A DNA stretch of 64,000 bases from Bacteroidales bacterium (GCA_016707705.1 JADJHD010000001.1:382646-446645); one strand, 5' to 3'; counted from the first letter of the stretch, positions 36,623 through 47,188 are shown. Numbers and translations are program-made. Notes: generated from the letters alone by a model not told the origin.

Positions 36623-37801
36623 ATGACTATTTTAATGCTGCTTGATAGGGAATTCCCACCAGATATCCGGGTTGAGAATGAGGCATTGAGTTTACTCAAA
36701 GAAGGCCACAGCATTCATATCTTATGTTACACTTTCAAAGGAAAAACGTCGACTGAAATCTACAAAGGCATTGAAGTCCATCGTTTTGCAATTAACGAGC
36801 AAGTTGCGAAAAAATCTTTAGGACTGATAAACATATTGCCTGCATTCAAGATAATCTGGAGCAAGCAAATCAAGCTTATTCTTAATTCTTTCCCAATAGA
36901 TGCTATTCATGCTCATGATTTGCCTCTCTGTTATGTCTTTTCTGAGTCCTTTTCCAAAAGGTATTATAAAGTAGCCGACATGCATGAGAACTATCCATCA
37001 ATGGTGGAAGGGCAGAGATATATGAATACTTTATTGGGGAAGCTAATATTTAGCAGGAACACTTGGTATCGAAAGGAACGGGAATGGTTGAATCAGGCCC
37101 AGACTGTTATTTGTGTCGCATCTGAGATGCAAAGTCGCTTAGAGAAAGTAATCGAGAATACGGGAAAGATAGTTGTAGTGCCCAACACTATAAACCTTCG
37201 CAGTTTTGAAGAATTGGAAAGTCCAGGTCCGGAGTTCAAGGAAAGATTCAAGGGAAAAAGAGTTATCTCCTATATCGGAGGTTTTGACTCCTCCAGAGGC
37301 TTAAATATCCTTTTGGAAGGATTTAGTAAAATCGTTCAGGAATACAAGGATAGTCTGCTTTTATTGGTTGGAGATGGCTCAATATCTGACGAGATCAAGG
37401 ATTATTCCAGAGAATTAGGTATCCAGGAAAGTGTTCTATTTGAAGGATGGCAGCCTTCATTAAGAATGAGGTCATATATTGAAATCTCAGATATTTGTGT
37501 CATCCCCCACCTAAGATCAGTTCAAACAGATAATTCAAGTCCCAATAAGCTATTTCAATACATGTATTTCGGCAAACCGGTAATTACATCTAATTGTACA
37601 TCTCTTGAGCGAATTGTAACTGAATCTCAATGCGGATTAGTATATAATGATAAAAGTGCAACGGATTTAGCAATCATGATAAAACAATTGTTTGACAATC
37701 CAATTATTGGAATAACCTATGGATCTAATGGCAGGGATTCAGTTATTTCAAGATACAATTGGGAGATGACGGTGAAAGGATTGATAGAGGTATACACTTA
37801 A
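36623..37801 (+). CDS. Family 4 (GT-B) glycosyltransferase
   Basis: 392 aa. C-terminal …VIPHLRSVQTDNSSPNKLFQYMYFGKPVITSN… resembles the GT4 donor-binding region. Confidence 0.75.
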   Translation: MTILMLLDREFPPDIRVENEALSLLKEGHSIHILCYTFKGKTSTEIYKGIEVHRFAINEQVAKKSLGLINILPAFKIIWSKQIKLILNSFPIDAIHAHDLPLCYVFSESFSKRYYKVADMHENYPSMVEGQRYMNTLLGKLIFSRNTWYRKEREWLNQAQTVICVASEMQSRLEKVIENTGKIVVVPNTINLRSFEELESPGPEFKERFKGKRVISYIGGFDSSRGLNILLEGFSKIVQEYKDSLLLLVGDGSISDEIKDYSRELGIQESVLFEGWQPSLRMRSYIEISDICVIPHLRSVQTDNSSPNKLFQYMYFGKPVITSNCTSLERIVTESQCGLVYNDKSATDLAIMIKQLFDNPIIGITYGSNGRDSVISRYNWEMTVKGLIEVYT

Positions 37802-37882
37802 ACTTATTAATTGTAGCAATTTGTTTCTCATACCATAATAATCTGAGGTTTTTTCAAAACAATATCTAAAATAAAGTGCTAG

Positions 37883-38959
37883 ATGAATATTCACATTTTT
37901 ACTGAAGAAAGTCTCTATAGCAAAGTGTTACTTCAGAATTACTTCAAGTATATCAATTATGACAATCATATTTTCATTTTTAGAAAACAGAAACCTAAAT
38001 ATAGAGTTGAAGGTAGCACGCTTGTTGACAAACTAGAATTTTTTGATAACATATTCACATTGATCTTCAAGCTTTTACCCTTGGCTCTTAAGGCAAATTG
38101 GGTTTACATTCATTACTTACCCTATGGTCCATCACTTCTTATGTATTGGTTATTCCCAAAAATTTCAAAAAAGGCTACTTGGATTATTTGGGGAGGAGAT
38201 GTCTACATTTACAGAAAAAAAGCAAATACTTTATATTCAAAGTTCTATGAATCCTTACGCAAAAAAGTCATTCCTATTTTCCCTGAAATTGCTTCATTTA
38301 TTGAATTTGATGCGTTAGAAGCAAAGAGAGTTTATAACTCGAATGCATTATATTTTAAAATTCTCTATCCACTGCCCATTGAACTTAATGATTTCTCTAG
38401 GACATCGGCTCCCAATATCAATGAGAATATTACTATATTACTTGGTAATTCGGCAGACCCTTCAAATAATCACATTGAAGCATTAAAGATTTTAAGTAGG
38501 TTTAATTCTCAGAGGATTAAAATAATTTGTCCTTTATCATATTATTCGGATAAAGACTACATTGAATCAGTAATTAAGTTTGGAAATGCGATCTTTGAGA
38601 ATAAGTTCATCCCGCTATTAGACCTACTTGGAGCGAATGAATATTCAGTATTGCTTCAATCAATTGATATTGCAATAATGAACCATGATAGACAGCAAGC
38701 GTTGGGTAATATTATACCTTTATTGTATCTTGGCAAAAAGGTTTTCCTGAAAGAAAGTGTCTCTACTTTTGATTATTTTCGTTCTGCTAATTGTGTAATT
38801 TATCGCATTGAATCAATTTATACTTTGAGTTTTGATGAATTCATCGCAATTGATCAAAAGACTAAAGATGAAAACAGTATGAATATTTACGAAATATCAT
38901 CAACAGGATACTCGATGCAACTTTGGAAAAACCTATTAAACAGACACTCCGATGATTAA
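37883..38959 (+). CDS. WecF-like TDP-Fuc4NAc:lipid 4-alpha-L-fucosaminyltransferase (GT56 family)
   Basis: Blocks align by eye with E. coli WecF. WIIWGGDVY vs WHIWGADLY. ITILLGNSADPSNNHIEAL vs MTILVGNSGDRSNEHIAAL. IKIICPLSY vs VKVVVPMGY. HDRQQALGNI vs ARQQGIGTL. Confidence 0.8.
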   Translation: MNIHIFTEESLYSKVLLQNYFKYINYDNHIFIFRKQKPKYRVEGSTLVDKLEFFDNIFTLIFKLLPLALKANWVYIHYLPYGPSLLMYWLFPKISKKATWIIWGGDVYIYRKKANTLYSKFYESLRKKVIPIFPEIASFIEFDALEAKRVYNSNALYFKILYPLPIELNDFSRTSAPNINENITILLGNSADPSNNHIEALKILSRFNSQRIKIICPLSYYSDKDYIESVIKFGNAIFENKFIPLLDLLGANEYSVLLQSIDIAIMNHDRQQALGNIIPLLYLGKKVFLKESVSTFDYFRSANCVIYRIESIYTLSFDEFIAIDQKTKDENSMNIYEISSTGYSMQLWKNLLNRHSDD

Positions 38960-40040
38960 TGTAACTAAAACATATTTACCAAAACTTCAAAAATATCAAC
39001 AGTATGTTGAAGAAATTTTCAGATCTGGATGGTTAACAAATAATGGGCAATTTGTTCAAGAACTCGAAAAACGATTGTCCCAATTTTTAGGTGTAAATAA
39101 CATCCTGCTTGTATCAAATGGAACTCTCGCACTGCAGATTGCCTATCGTGCACTGAAACTTGAGAAAAAGAAAAATGTAATTACCACCCCTTTTACTTTT
39201 ATTGCAACTTCTTCAAGCTTACTATGGGAAAGTTATAATCCAATTTTTGTAGACATTCACCCCGATACCTTAAATATTGATGTTAAATTAATACAGGAAA
39301 AGATAGATAAAGAAACTTGCGCTATATTGCCAGTTCATGTTTTTGGTAATGCATGCGATATTACTGAAATACAAGCCATAGCAGAAGATGCAAATATCAA
39401 AGTTATCTATGATGCGGCTCATGCGTTTGCAATTAATTATAAGAACAAAAGCATACTCCGTTATGGTGATGCCTCAATTCTAAGTTTTCATAGTACGAAA
39501 ATATTTCACACAATAGAAGGAGGTGCAATTATTTTTGAGAACGAGGAGTTATTTGAAGAAGCGAAGTTGCTAATCAATTTCGGGATTCCTGGATATGATA
39601 GAATAAGTACTCTTGGTATAAATTGTAAAATGAATGAGTTTCAAGCCGCAATGGGTCTATGTGTCCTTGATGAGTTTGAAATTATAAAACTCGGGAGAAA
39701 TAATGCATGGATAAATTACTATGAAGCATTTAAAGATAACAAGGATATAAAATTACAACATTGGAATTTCGAAGCAACTATGAACTATTCCTATTTCCCA
39801 ATAATTCTGAATTCCGAAAGGATAGCTTTACAAATTCAGAAACGGCTAAATAACATTGATATTTATCCGCGTCGTTATTTTTATCCTTCATTAGATACTC
39901 TTTCATTTTTAGGAAACTCCCCAAGAATGAGTATTTCTAATTCGGTTGCTTCTCGTATACTTTGCTTACCTCTGGCAGCTGATATAAACAGAGAAGCTCA
40001 ATCTTTAATAATTGATTCTGTCCTAAATTCATGTAAATAA
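38952..40040 (+). CDS. DegT/DnrJ/EryC1/StrS-family sugar aminotransferase (WecE-like)
   Basis: …LVSNGTLALQIA…, DAAHAF, SFHSTK (PLP lysine). Overlaps the upstream gene by 8 nt. Confidence 0.85.
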   Translation: MINVTKTYLPKLQKYQQYVEEIFRSGWLTNNGQFVQELEKRLSQFLGVNNILLVSNGTLALQIAYRALKLEKKKNVITTPFTFIATSSSLLWESYNPIFVDIHPDTLNIDVKLIQEKIDKETCAILPVHVFGNACDITEIQAIAEDANIKVIYDAAHAFAINYKNKSILRYGDASILSFHSTKIFHTIEGGAIIFENEELFEEAKLLINFGIPGYDRISTLGINCKMNEFQAAMGLCVLDEFEIIKLGRNNAWINYYEAFKDNKDIKLQHWNFEATMNYSYFPIILNSERIALQIQKRLNNIDIYPRRYFYPSLDTLSFLGNSPRMSISNSVASRILCLPLAADINREAQSLIIDSVLNSCK

Positions 40041-40615
40041 TGAAGAGTAACTTTTATAGTGTAGTGGAACTTCTATCGATAGGTTTTAAAAGCGTATCTT
40101 CAACCGCGCTTATTAGCAGAAAAGCATCAATATATGGGTCAGAAAATATAGAAATTGGGGATCATGTTAGAATTGATGACTTTTGCATCCTTAGTGGGAA
40201 GATAAGAATAGGAAACTATGTACATATCTCGGCATATACAGCCATTTATGCCTCGTTTGGTGTCGAAATTGAGGATTTCGTTACTGTCTCAGGGAGAGTT
40301 TCAATTTATAGCCAAAATGATGATTATAGTGGTGAATTCATGACTAATCCTATGGTACCAAAACAGTTTACCAATATAACGGGTGGCAATGTAAAAATAA
40401 AAAAATATTCAATCGTTGGAGCCGGCAGCATTATTCTACCATCAGTACAAATTGGGGAAGGCTCATGCGTAGCTTCACTGAGTCTAGTAAAGAAATCGTT
40501 GGAGCCTTGGAAGATTTATGGAGGTATTCCGGCTATCTATATAAAAGATAGAAAGAAGGACATAACTAAACTTGCTGCTGAATTTAACAAGAATATCAAA
40601 GATTCAAATTTATAA
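40040..40615 (+). CDS. Hexapeptide-repeat (left-handed beta-helix) sugar acetyltransferase
   Basis: Imperfect hexapeptide repeats (IGDHVRIDDFCILSGKIRIGNYVHIS…). Its start overlaps the aminotransferase stop (ATAATG). Confidence 0.75.
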   Translation: MKSNFYSVVELLSIGFKSVSSTALISRKASIYGSENIEIGDHVRIDDFCILSGKIRIGNYVHISAYTAIYASFGVEIEDFVTVSGRVSIYSQNDDYSGEFMTNPMVPKQFTNITGGNVKIKKYSIVGAGSIILPSVQIGEGSCVASLSLVKKSLEPWKIYGGIPAIYIKDRKKDITKLAAEFNKNIKDSNL

Positions 40616-40916
40616 TCCCAAAATCTTGATTCAATTGTTTATAAAAATATTCAATACATACGATTAAATTATTTCTAACAGTTAGATAATGACTTTAGTA
40701 CATTCGAAAAATAGTCGTCTAGCAGGCCCATTTAGAATTGTCGATCTGAATTAGAAACCTCCTAATGGCTGAAATAAAATATCAATATCTTGCTCTTAAT
40801 CAATTTATTGTATCCTTAATGATCTTCCAAGTATATCAAAAATACTATAATAATCATTTTTTAATGAGTCAAAGAATCTGATTCAAAAATAGATAAAAAG
40901 TGTTGTAGGCTTCCCT

Positions 40917-41834
40917 TTAAAAATATCTTGGAGTCAGCATTCTTCTATTGAAAATATCCAGATCAAACCCGAGATGAATTTCGTGAGAACCCCTATTATA
41001 AAATTGAAGTGCATTAAACCACAAATCATAGGAATACCCAAGCCTGAGAAATTCAGTTACATTGAATTCTGTCATTAATGCAACTGCCTTTTCTGTACGA
41101 TAAGAACACCCTACCAACAAAGAACTCATGATAAAGAAACTTGCATTTATATCCAGCTGTGGGGGACTATTCTTAACAAATTTTATAAGCATGGATGGCT
41201 GGAATCTCAATTGATTATTTAGAATAAAAGAAGCGCCTACCATCGTGTAAAGGTGGCGTAGCAACTTTGTATATTGATTCCTGCCATTAACCCTGACAAT
41301 GTTCATCTCATTTTGAAGCAATTCTTTGGATGAAAGGCCTAAATAGAATTTTTTGGTATAATAATAAACTCCGAAATTGGCATCTGGCACTACCCTATTT
41401 TCAAACTGTGCATTCACAATTGGGTCTCCTGCATTAAAAGTCTTAACTTTTGACCAGAAAATATCAGTGTATTTATAACCTGCTTGCAATCCAAATGAAA
41501 GTCTTGACTCAGGGAAAAGAACCTGGTATGCAAAGGTGGCAAGTGCTCCCTGGGTTATAGATGGGCCTATAATATCATTGTAAATATTCAACCCAATGCC
41601 TACATGAGGGTTACGCAGTATGCTATAAGCAGAGGCATACAAAGTTTTTGGCGCCCCGTTAACATTAACCCATTGATACCGGTAAAGCACATTTATTTTA
41701 AGGTAATCGTGGCTTCCCGCGCAGGCAGGATTTATGGCTGATTTGTTGAAAATATATTGACTGAACAGCGGATCTTGCTGAGCAAACAAATTTGTGGATA
41801 ATACTATTAGAAAGGTTATCAGAATCTTTTTCAT
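40917..41834 (-). CDS. PorP/SprF-family type IX secretion system membrane protein (second copy)
   Basis: ORF 40917..41906. The likely start is at 41834 (MKKILITFLIVLSTNLFAQQDPLFSQYIFNKSAINPACAG). Directly downstream of the type-B-CTD adhesin. Confidence 0.9.
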   Translation of the reverse strand: MKKILITFLIVLSTNLFAQQDPLFSQYIFNKSAINPACAGSHDYLKINVLYRYQWVNVNGAPKTLYASAYSILRNPHVGIGLNIYNDIIGPSITQGALATFAYQVLFPESRLSFGLQAGYKYTDIFWSKVKTFNAGDPIVNAQFENRVVPDANFGVYYYTKKFYLGLSSKELLQNEMNIVRVNGRNQYTKLLRHLYTMVGASFILNNQLRFQPSMLIKFVKNSPPQLDINASFFIMSSLLVGCSYRTEKAVALMTEFNVTEFLRLGYSYDLWFNALQFYNRGSHEIHLGFDLDIFNRRMLTPRYF

Positions 41835-41945
41835 ATAGGACTTTGATTTTTTAAAATTTGAAGAATTTCCTGGCACTTTAGGTAAGATATTGAAGACACT
41901 CCCCACTTTCGTTTCAAGATATTAGAATATATTATGCTTGGCATC

Positions 41946-43565
41946 TCAGTTGTGCCCACCCTGGACATAAATCCATCCGGTTCTTGATCCTTTATTTTTT
42001 ACAGAAAGAATATAAAAATAAGTCCCATCAGGTACAGGCTCATTTTTATTATTAGTGCCATCCCATACTGTAGTTGAATTATTATATCTGGTGAATTCAC
42101 GAATCATATCTCCCCATCGATTCAAAACTATTACATTATTCTCTGGAAATTCTTCGATGCCTTCTATAATCCATAGATCGTTCAGATCATCTTTATTGGG
42201 AGAGATGAAATTGTAGATATTCAAAAGGCCAAGCTCAGTATGGAGAGTAAAAATATTTAAGCTATCCGTCCCAGTGCAACCAGTATTATTATCCACAACC
42301 CTTAGATAGAAAGTTACATCATTGATAATATCAGATGAAACCGGATTATAGATAAAAGGATTAACTAGCAGTTCATCAGGTTTCCAAAGCCATGAATAAT
42401 CTCCCGATCCATTATTTGCCGTACCGGTTAGAGATACTGATGTTGATTCCTGAATGGTTTGATCTGCCCCAGCATTTACTTGTGGTGCTTTAACAATCTG
42501 TAGAGATATTTGGTCAAATATTTGCTTGCTTCCACATACAGGGTTGCCGGTAGCAGTTAATTTTAATTGGACATTTCCAACAAATCCATCTAAAGGAGTG
42601 AATGTTGGGGTTAACGAATTAATTCCTGTAAGTAAACCCGCAGTACTTGGGATCAACTCCCAGATCATAGAATTATAATCAGTTACTGAAACTCCAGACG
42701 CAACATAGGTATTCTTCTCACAAATTATCGTGTCTTGTCCTGCATCAACCCGGGGATTTTTATTAATTGTTAATGATATATGATCTGACTGATTGGCACA
42801 TGGTAGTATTCCAGTCAGTGTAAAGGTTAGTGTTACGTTGCCATTTGCGATATCAGTTGTCCCTGGGGTATAAATCGGGTTTAGTTTGGTAGGGTCATCA
42901 ATCATCCCTGTCCCATTGGTAGTCCACATGCATGAAGAGTAATGTTGGGCAGTTATGTTGGTAATTGCAACAGGAGTTGTATCACATGTTTCGATATTCT
43001 CCGATGAAGTATAAGTGACTGATGGAATTACCTCAAGCATTTTCTGGTCAACTCTATCTGGGCACATTGGCAATCCGATTGCTTTAAGTGTTAGGATTAT
43101 CATACCCGACTCTCCAGATGCAGGAGTATAAGACGGGGTTAGAGTATTTATACCAGTAAGTAAGCCTAAACCATCATGTGACCAGTGCAAAGCATCATAT
43201 CCACTTGCTAAGGCATCTGTTATTGTATGAACTGATAAATTACAAATGGTATCATTATACCCAGCATTAATAATAGCCTCTCTATTTATTTGAAGAAATA
43301 GGGAATCCGTTGAATCATGGCAAAAAGACTGACTGCTAGATGTCACATTTAGGGCAACCAAACCATTTTTAATATCAATAGGGCCTGGAATATACACTGG
43401 ATTAAGGATTGCAGGATTACTAAAAAATCCATCACCAGAGGAATTCCAAAGGTAAGAAAGAGCCTGCTGGGAAGTTGCGCCGTCCACTGAATATGATCCA
43501 GTTTCGCAGATGATCGCATCAGGTCCAGCATTTACTACTGCCTGCCGAGAGATAAAAAGCATCAT
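41946..43565 (-). CDS. Locus B adhesin fragment 4 (C-terminal): AGPD-type repeats + T9SS type B CTD
   Basis: CTD: IYNFISPNKDDLNDLWIIEGIEEFPENNVIVLNRWGDMI…VWDGTNNKNEPVPDGTYFYIL. The frame is open upstream to the TAA at 43725-43727. Confidence 0.85.
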   Translation of the reverse strand: MMLFISRQAVVNAGPDAIICETGSYSVDGATSQQALSYLWNSSGDGFFSNPAILNPVYIPGPIDIKNGLVALNVTSSSQSFCHDSTDSLFLQINREAIINAGYNDTICNLSVHTITDALASGYDALHWSHDGLGLLTGINTLTPSYTPASGESGMIILTLKAIGLPMCPDRVDQKMLEVIPSVTYTSSENIETCDTTPVAITNITAQHYSSCMWTTNGTGMIDDPTKLNPIYTPGTTDIANGNVTLTFTLTGILPCANQSDHISLTINKNPRVDAGQDTIICEKNTYVASGVSVTDYNSMIWELIPSTAGLLTGINSLTPTFTPLDGFVGNVQLKLTATGNPVCGSKQIFDQISLQIVKAPQVNAGADQTIQESTSVSLTGTANNGSGDYSWLWKPDELLVNPFIYNPVSSDIINDVTFYLRVVDNNTGCTGTDSLNIFTLHTELGLLNIYNFISPNKDDLNDLWIIEGIEEFPENNVIVLNRWGDMIREFTRYNNSTTVWDGTNNKNEPVPDGTYFYILSVKNKGSRTGWIYVQGGHN

Positions 43566-45105
43566 TGAATCTGAAACGACTCCACATGCGGAACTGGATG
43601 TTTCCGTTAAATTTACGCTGCCAGCGATGATATCTGCAATACTAGGGGTATAAACCGGGTTCAGAATGTTGGCATTATCGAAGGTGCCTGTACCACTGCT
43701 TGTCCAGGAGTAGGAATTAGCATTTTATGCAGTGCCACATGCACATGTAGTCAACTGATTCCACATACATGATCATCTGCTCCTACATTTACCTCGGCAT
43801 GGTTGATGATTTTAAGTACCATTGCATCAGAAATACCTACACAAGGTGCAACAGATGTGGCGTTAATAATTAGCGTAACAGAACCGTTGAGAATATCATT
43901 TACACTAGGAGTATAAACTGGGTTTAGCAAACTCGAATTGCTAAAGGACCCTGTACCACTGGTTGTCCAAATATAAGAAGTGGCATATTGGGATGTCGCC
44001 TCATTGAGTTGATATGATTCCATCTCGCAAATCGTGACATCTGGTCCGGCATTGATAAATGCCTGCCTGGTTATATAAAGAACCATCGCATCGGTAACAG
44101 TTCCACATAAGGATGAACCAGATTCAGTTAAGATTACACTACCGGATTCAATATCGCCAGTACTAGGAGTATATATCGGATTTAAAACATTTGTATTGTT
44201 GAAAACACCAGTGCCTGAAGTAGTCCAGAGAATAGAAGTCGCATATTGCGCTGATGATCCACTTAGATAATATGAACCTGAGGATTCACAAATATTAACA
44301 TCCGGACCGGCATTCACTATTGCGAGGGAAACCATATGCAGAATCATGGCATCGGAAACACTAGAACATGGTGCCACAGAGGTTACATTAATCGTTAATG
44401 TAACATAACCGATAAGTATATCATCAGCACTTGGAAAATAAACTGGGTTCAATAGGGCTGGGTTATTAAATGTCCCTGTACCACTGCTAGTCCATAAGTA
44501 TGATGTTGCGAATTGAGCTGTGGCATTGGAGAGCATGAAGGTCTCATTATTGCAAATCGTGGCATCAGGGCCAGCATCAATAACAGCCAGATGACTGATG
44601 TTCAAGATCATAGCATCGGATGCATTTCCACATGCTGCTGCAGAGATTGCTGATAAGGTAAGAATAATACTCCCGGAAGAAATGTCAGCTAAGCTTGGCG
44701 TATATATCGGATTCAATAAAGAGGGATTATTAAAGGATCCCGTACCACTAGTGGTCCAAAAGTAGGAAGTGGCATACGTTGCACTAGCAGAACTAAGCGT
44801 AAAAGATGAATTTTGACATATACCAGCATCGGGACCTGCGCTTGCTGTTGATGAATGGTTAATGCTAAGAAGCATACCATCACTAGCAGGGTTACATGCA
44901 GATAAAGGAGTTGCTGTCAGAGTGAGGATTACAGATCCGATCTGAATATCTGCTATACTTGGCCAATATGTTGGATGTAATTGGGTAGGATCACTGAAAG
45001 TTCCTGTACCTGAAGTTGTCCATAACAGGGCGGAATAGTTTGCAGCAGAAGAATTCGCTAAGAAATAAGTGTTGTTTTCACATATAGTTTCGTCCGGGCC
45101 TGCAT
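42467..45105 (-). repeat. About 10 tandem ~88-aa (~264 bp) AGPD-type coding repeats
   Basis: Read in translation across fragments 3 and 4. One related copy also occurs near the N-terminus of the locus A adhesin (AYAGNDTILC…WTSSGDGSFDN…NPVYTPGPADLINGSVQL). Boundaries are approximate. Confidence 0.75.
43751..44875 (-). CDS. Locus B adhesin fragment 3: AGPD-type ~88-aa repeats
   Basis: Repeats AGPD-x-x-IC…YATS-x-x-WTTSGTG-x-FNN…LNP-x-YTPS…D-x-x-x-GSV-x-LT. The frame is open upstream to about 45115. Confidence 0.85.
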   Translation of the reverse strand: MLLSINHSSTASAGPDAGICQNSSFTLSSASATYATSYFWTTSGTGSFNNPSLLNPIYTPSLADISSGSIILTLSAISAAACGNASDAMILNISHLAVIDAGPDATICNNETFMLSNATAQFATSYLWTSSGTGTFNNPALLNPVYFPSADDILIGYVTLTINVTSVAPCSSVSDAMILHMVSLAIVNAGPDVNICESSGSYYLSGSSAQYATSILWTTSGTGVFNNTNVLNPIYTPSTGDIESGSVILTESGSSLCGTVTDAMVLYITRQAFINAGPDVTICEMESYQLNEATSQYATSYIWTTSGTGSFSNSSLLNPVYTPSVNDILNGSVTLIINATSVAPCVGISDAMVLKIINHAEVNVGADDHVCGIS

Positions 45106-46406
45106 ATGCTGAAGAACTGCCTTTCTATCAACCGGATTTTTGCAATAAATACATCCCTGCTTCCACCGTTGAAAGAGGGATCAAATGCATTCCCTGTGAC
45201 TGGAAGGTTAGAAGATCTAGTTTCTCCTATAATAGTGGCTGTATCACCATCCATCCAAACAGCGTTTGCAATATCTGAATCTGTGCCTCCAAAGTAAGTT
45301 GAGTATAGAACCTGGGAGCACTGGGAATCAAATTTTGTAATAAAACCATCACTAGTTCCCCCGTTAAAATTTGGACTGTAACCACAACTGGTAATTGGAT
45401 AACCATAGGCAGCATAGCCCGAAAGAATAATATTATTGTTAGGATCAGTAGTTAGAGAATAACCGACATCTTCCCCTGGACTTCCAATATAAGTGGAAAA
45501 CACCAAAGCACTAAATGTTGAATTCAATTTTGTCACAAATGCGTCAAAGGATCCACCTGAGTAGTTTGTTTTATAAGCTCCTGGAGTTGTTGGAAAACCT
45601 GTCCCGCAATTACCAGTAACGATCATCTGATTTTGATAATCAAGATTCAATAATCCTCCATATCCCCTGGGTATATCGTCAACACTGCTGCCCAGATAAG
45701 TAGAATAAAGCAAACTTGTCAATGTAGAGTTCAATTTTATAAGCACATAATCATTTTGCCCCCCATTAAAAGTATTATCGTAAGCTCCTGAAATTATTGG
45801 GAACCCTCCCCCACTAGTTCCGTAAACATAATAATTACCAGAAGCATCAATTTTAAGATCATACCCCCGATCAGAAGTCATACCACCAACCATGGTTGAC
45901 ATCAGGAGAGAACTTCCGGCGGCACTGAGCTTAGATACGAATATGTCATAAGAGCCGAATTCCGAATTACTTGTCTGGTATGCTCCTGAAGTTGTGGGGA
46001 AGTCACCATTGCTATACCCGCAGATATATATTTCCTGTGATGAATTTAATTCTAATCCTACAATATAATCCTCTGTATTGCTTGAAAAGGAACCCATATA
46101 GGTTGAAAAAATAAGACCATTGCCTACGCTGTTCAATTTAAATATAAAACCATCCCTATTACCACCGAAATAAGTTTGAAAAGCCCCGCTTGTAACAGGG
46201 AAATTAGAACTAGTTGTATAACCGGTGACAACAATTTCATTACCTGGTGGGCATATTTTTATATCTGTTACATAATCATTATCTGAACCTCCGACATAGG
46301 TAGATAAAAGGATTTGGGTTGCAGAAGGATTCATTTTTACTACAAATACATCTATCAATCCATGATTTGTTGTGGAATAGGATCCTGAGGTGATAGGCAA
46401 ATTCAC
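45078..46406 (-). CDS. Locus B adhesin fragment 2: SBBP beta-propeller repeats
   Basis: Repeated …STY-[LMIV]-GG-x-x-x-D…G-Y-[TAS]-x-S-x-[DN]-FP-[TI]-[TS]-x-GA-[YF]…D-x-F-[IV]-x-K-[LI] units. The frame is open upstream to about 46575 (…YDLIIDPQLIYSSYFGGTGDDY). Confidence 0.85.
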   Translation of the reverse strand: MNLPITSGSYSTTNHGLIDVFVVKMNPSATQILLSTYVGGSDNDYVTDIKICPPGNEIVVTGYTTSSNFPVTSGAFQTYFGGNRDGFIFKLNSVGNGLIFSTYMGSFSSNTEDYIVGLELNSSQEIYICGYSNGDFPTTSGAYQTSNSEFGSYDIFVSKLSAAGSSLLMSTMVGGMTSDRGYDLKIDASGNYYVYGTSGGGFPIISGAYDNTFNGGQNDYVLIKLNSTLTSLLYSTYLGSSVDDIPRGYGGLLNLDYQNQMIVTGNCGTGFPTTPGAYKTNYSGGSFDAFVTKLNSTFSALVFSTYIGSPGEDVGYSLTTDPNNNIILSGYAAYGYPITSCGYSPNFNGGTSDGFITKFDSQCSQVLYSTYFGGTDSDIANAVWMDGDTATIIGETRSSNLPVTGNAFDPSFNGGSRDVFIAKIRLIERQFFSICRPGRNYM

Positions 46407-46528
46407 ACTAGTTGTTCTGCCGACAAAATAAAGGTTTCCCTGGGTATCTTTTATAATATTGCTTTGATATAAATAATCATCACCTGTTCCTCCAAAATAA
46501 GAAGAGTAGATTAACTGCGGATCAATGA

Positions 46529-47188
46529 TTAGATCGTAATTATGATTATACCTTTTGATCTTATATGAAACTTCCCTTGTTTATTGACCTGAAATTTCGC
46601 ACTAACATTTATTCTTTGCCCGTTAATAATTTGAAAAACCTCTGGAATCACTTCTTTAAATTCAAAGTCATCAATTTTATAAACAAGTTCCCCTTGCTTA
46701 TTTACCCATATAATATCAATTCCTTTATACTTTAAGGATATATCTTCTATTCTCCCTCCAGGGTGTACCACAAAATCATTTTCTATGAATTGGTTTGTGG
46801 CATGGTAAACAAGATCTATTGAGCTATAGATATTCTCATATACGAGAGTTTGGAAGCTTGTTACATTACTTTTCCATTTGGAAGAATCGCGACCTATCAA
46901 GAAATTGATTTTGCCAGGCAAAATATCATTTTCTTTACAAAGGGCACTGGGGTTATAGTTCAGAAATTCAATATCCAGCGAAACTCTCATAGGATCTTCT
47001 GTTGATTTCGTATTTCCTTTCAGCAAAAACTGATGAACCACCTCTCCTTTCGCAAAATAAGATGAGGTTGAAGCTGTTTTTAGGCAGTAGTTGAAACGGG
47101 AGTCGAACTGACCGGTATTTTTAATAAAAAACCAGGCAAATTGATTCCTCCAGCATGAAGCTTTTGAAGGTAGAAGCTGGAAAAACAA
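46529..47188 (-). CDS. Locus B adhesin fragment 1: N-terminal domain typical of SBBP-repeat proteins
   Basis: FFIKNTGQFDSRF… resembles the FIENKGQWD N-terminal motif of this family. The track start is a TTG artefact. A signal peptide (MNRSAIRILLLLPVICFSSFYLQ) lies in another frame starting at 47232. Confidence 0.75.
   Translation of the reverse strand: MFFQLLPSKASCWRNQFAWFFIKNTGQFDSRFNYCLKTASTSSYFAKGEVVHQFLLKGNTKSTEDPMRVSLDIEFLNYNPSALCKENDILPGKINFLIGRDSSKWKSNVTSFQTLVYENIYSSIDLVYHATNQFIENDFVVHPGGRIEDISLKYKGIDIIWVNKQGELVYKIDDFEFKEVIPEVFQIINGQRINVSAKFQVNKQGKFHIRSKGIIIITI

Noticed and set aside
43725-43727. In-frame TAA as evidence for stop-codon reassignment, and the frameshifts as programmed recoding.
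   Set aside because: TAA terminates many intact genes in this window at positions matching full-length homologues. The frameshift sites lack slippery heptamer and stimulatory structure patterns, and they differ from one another.
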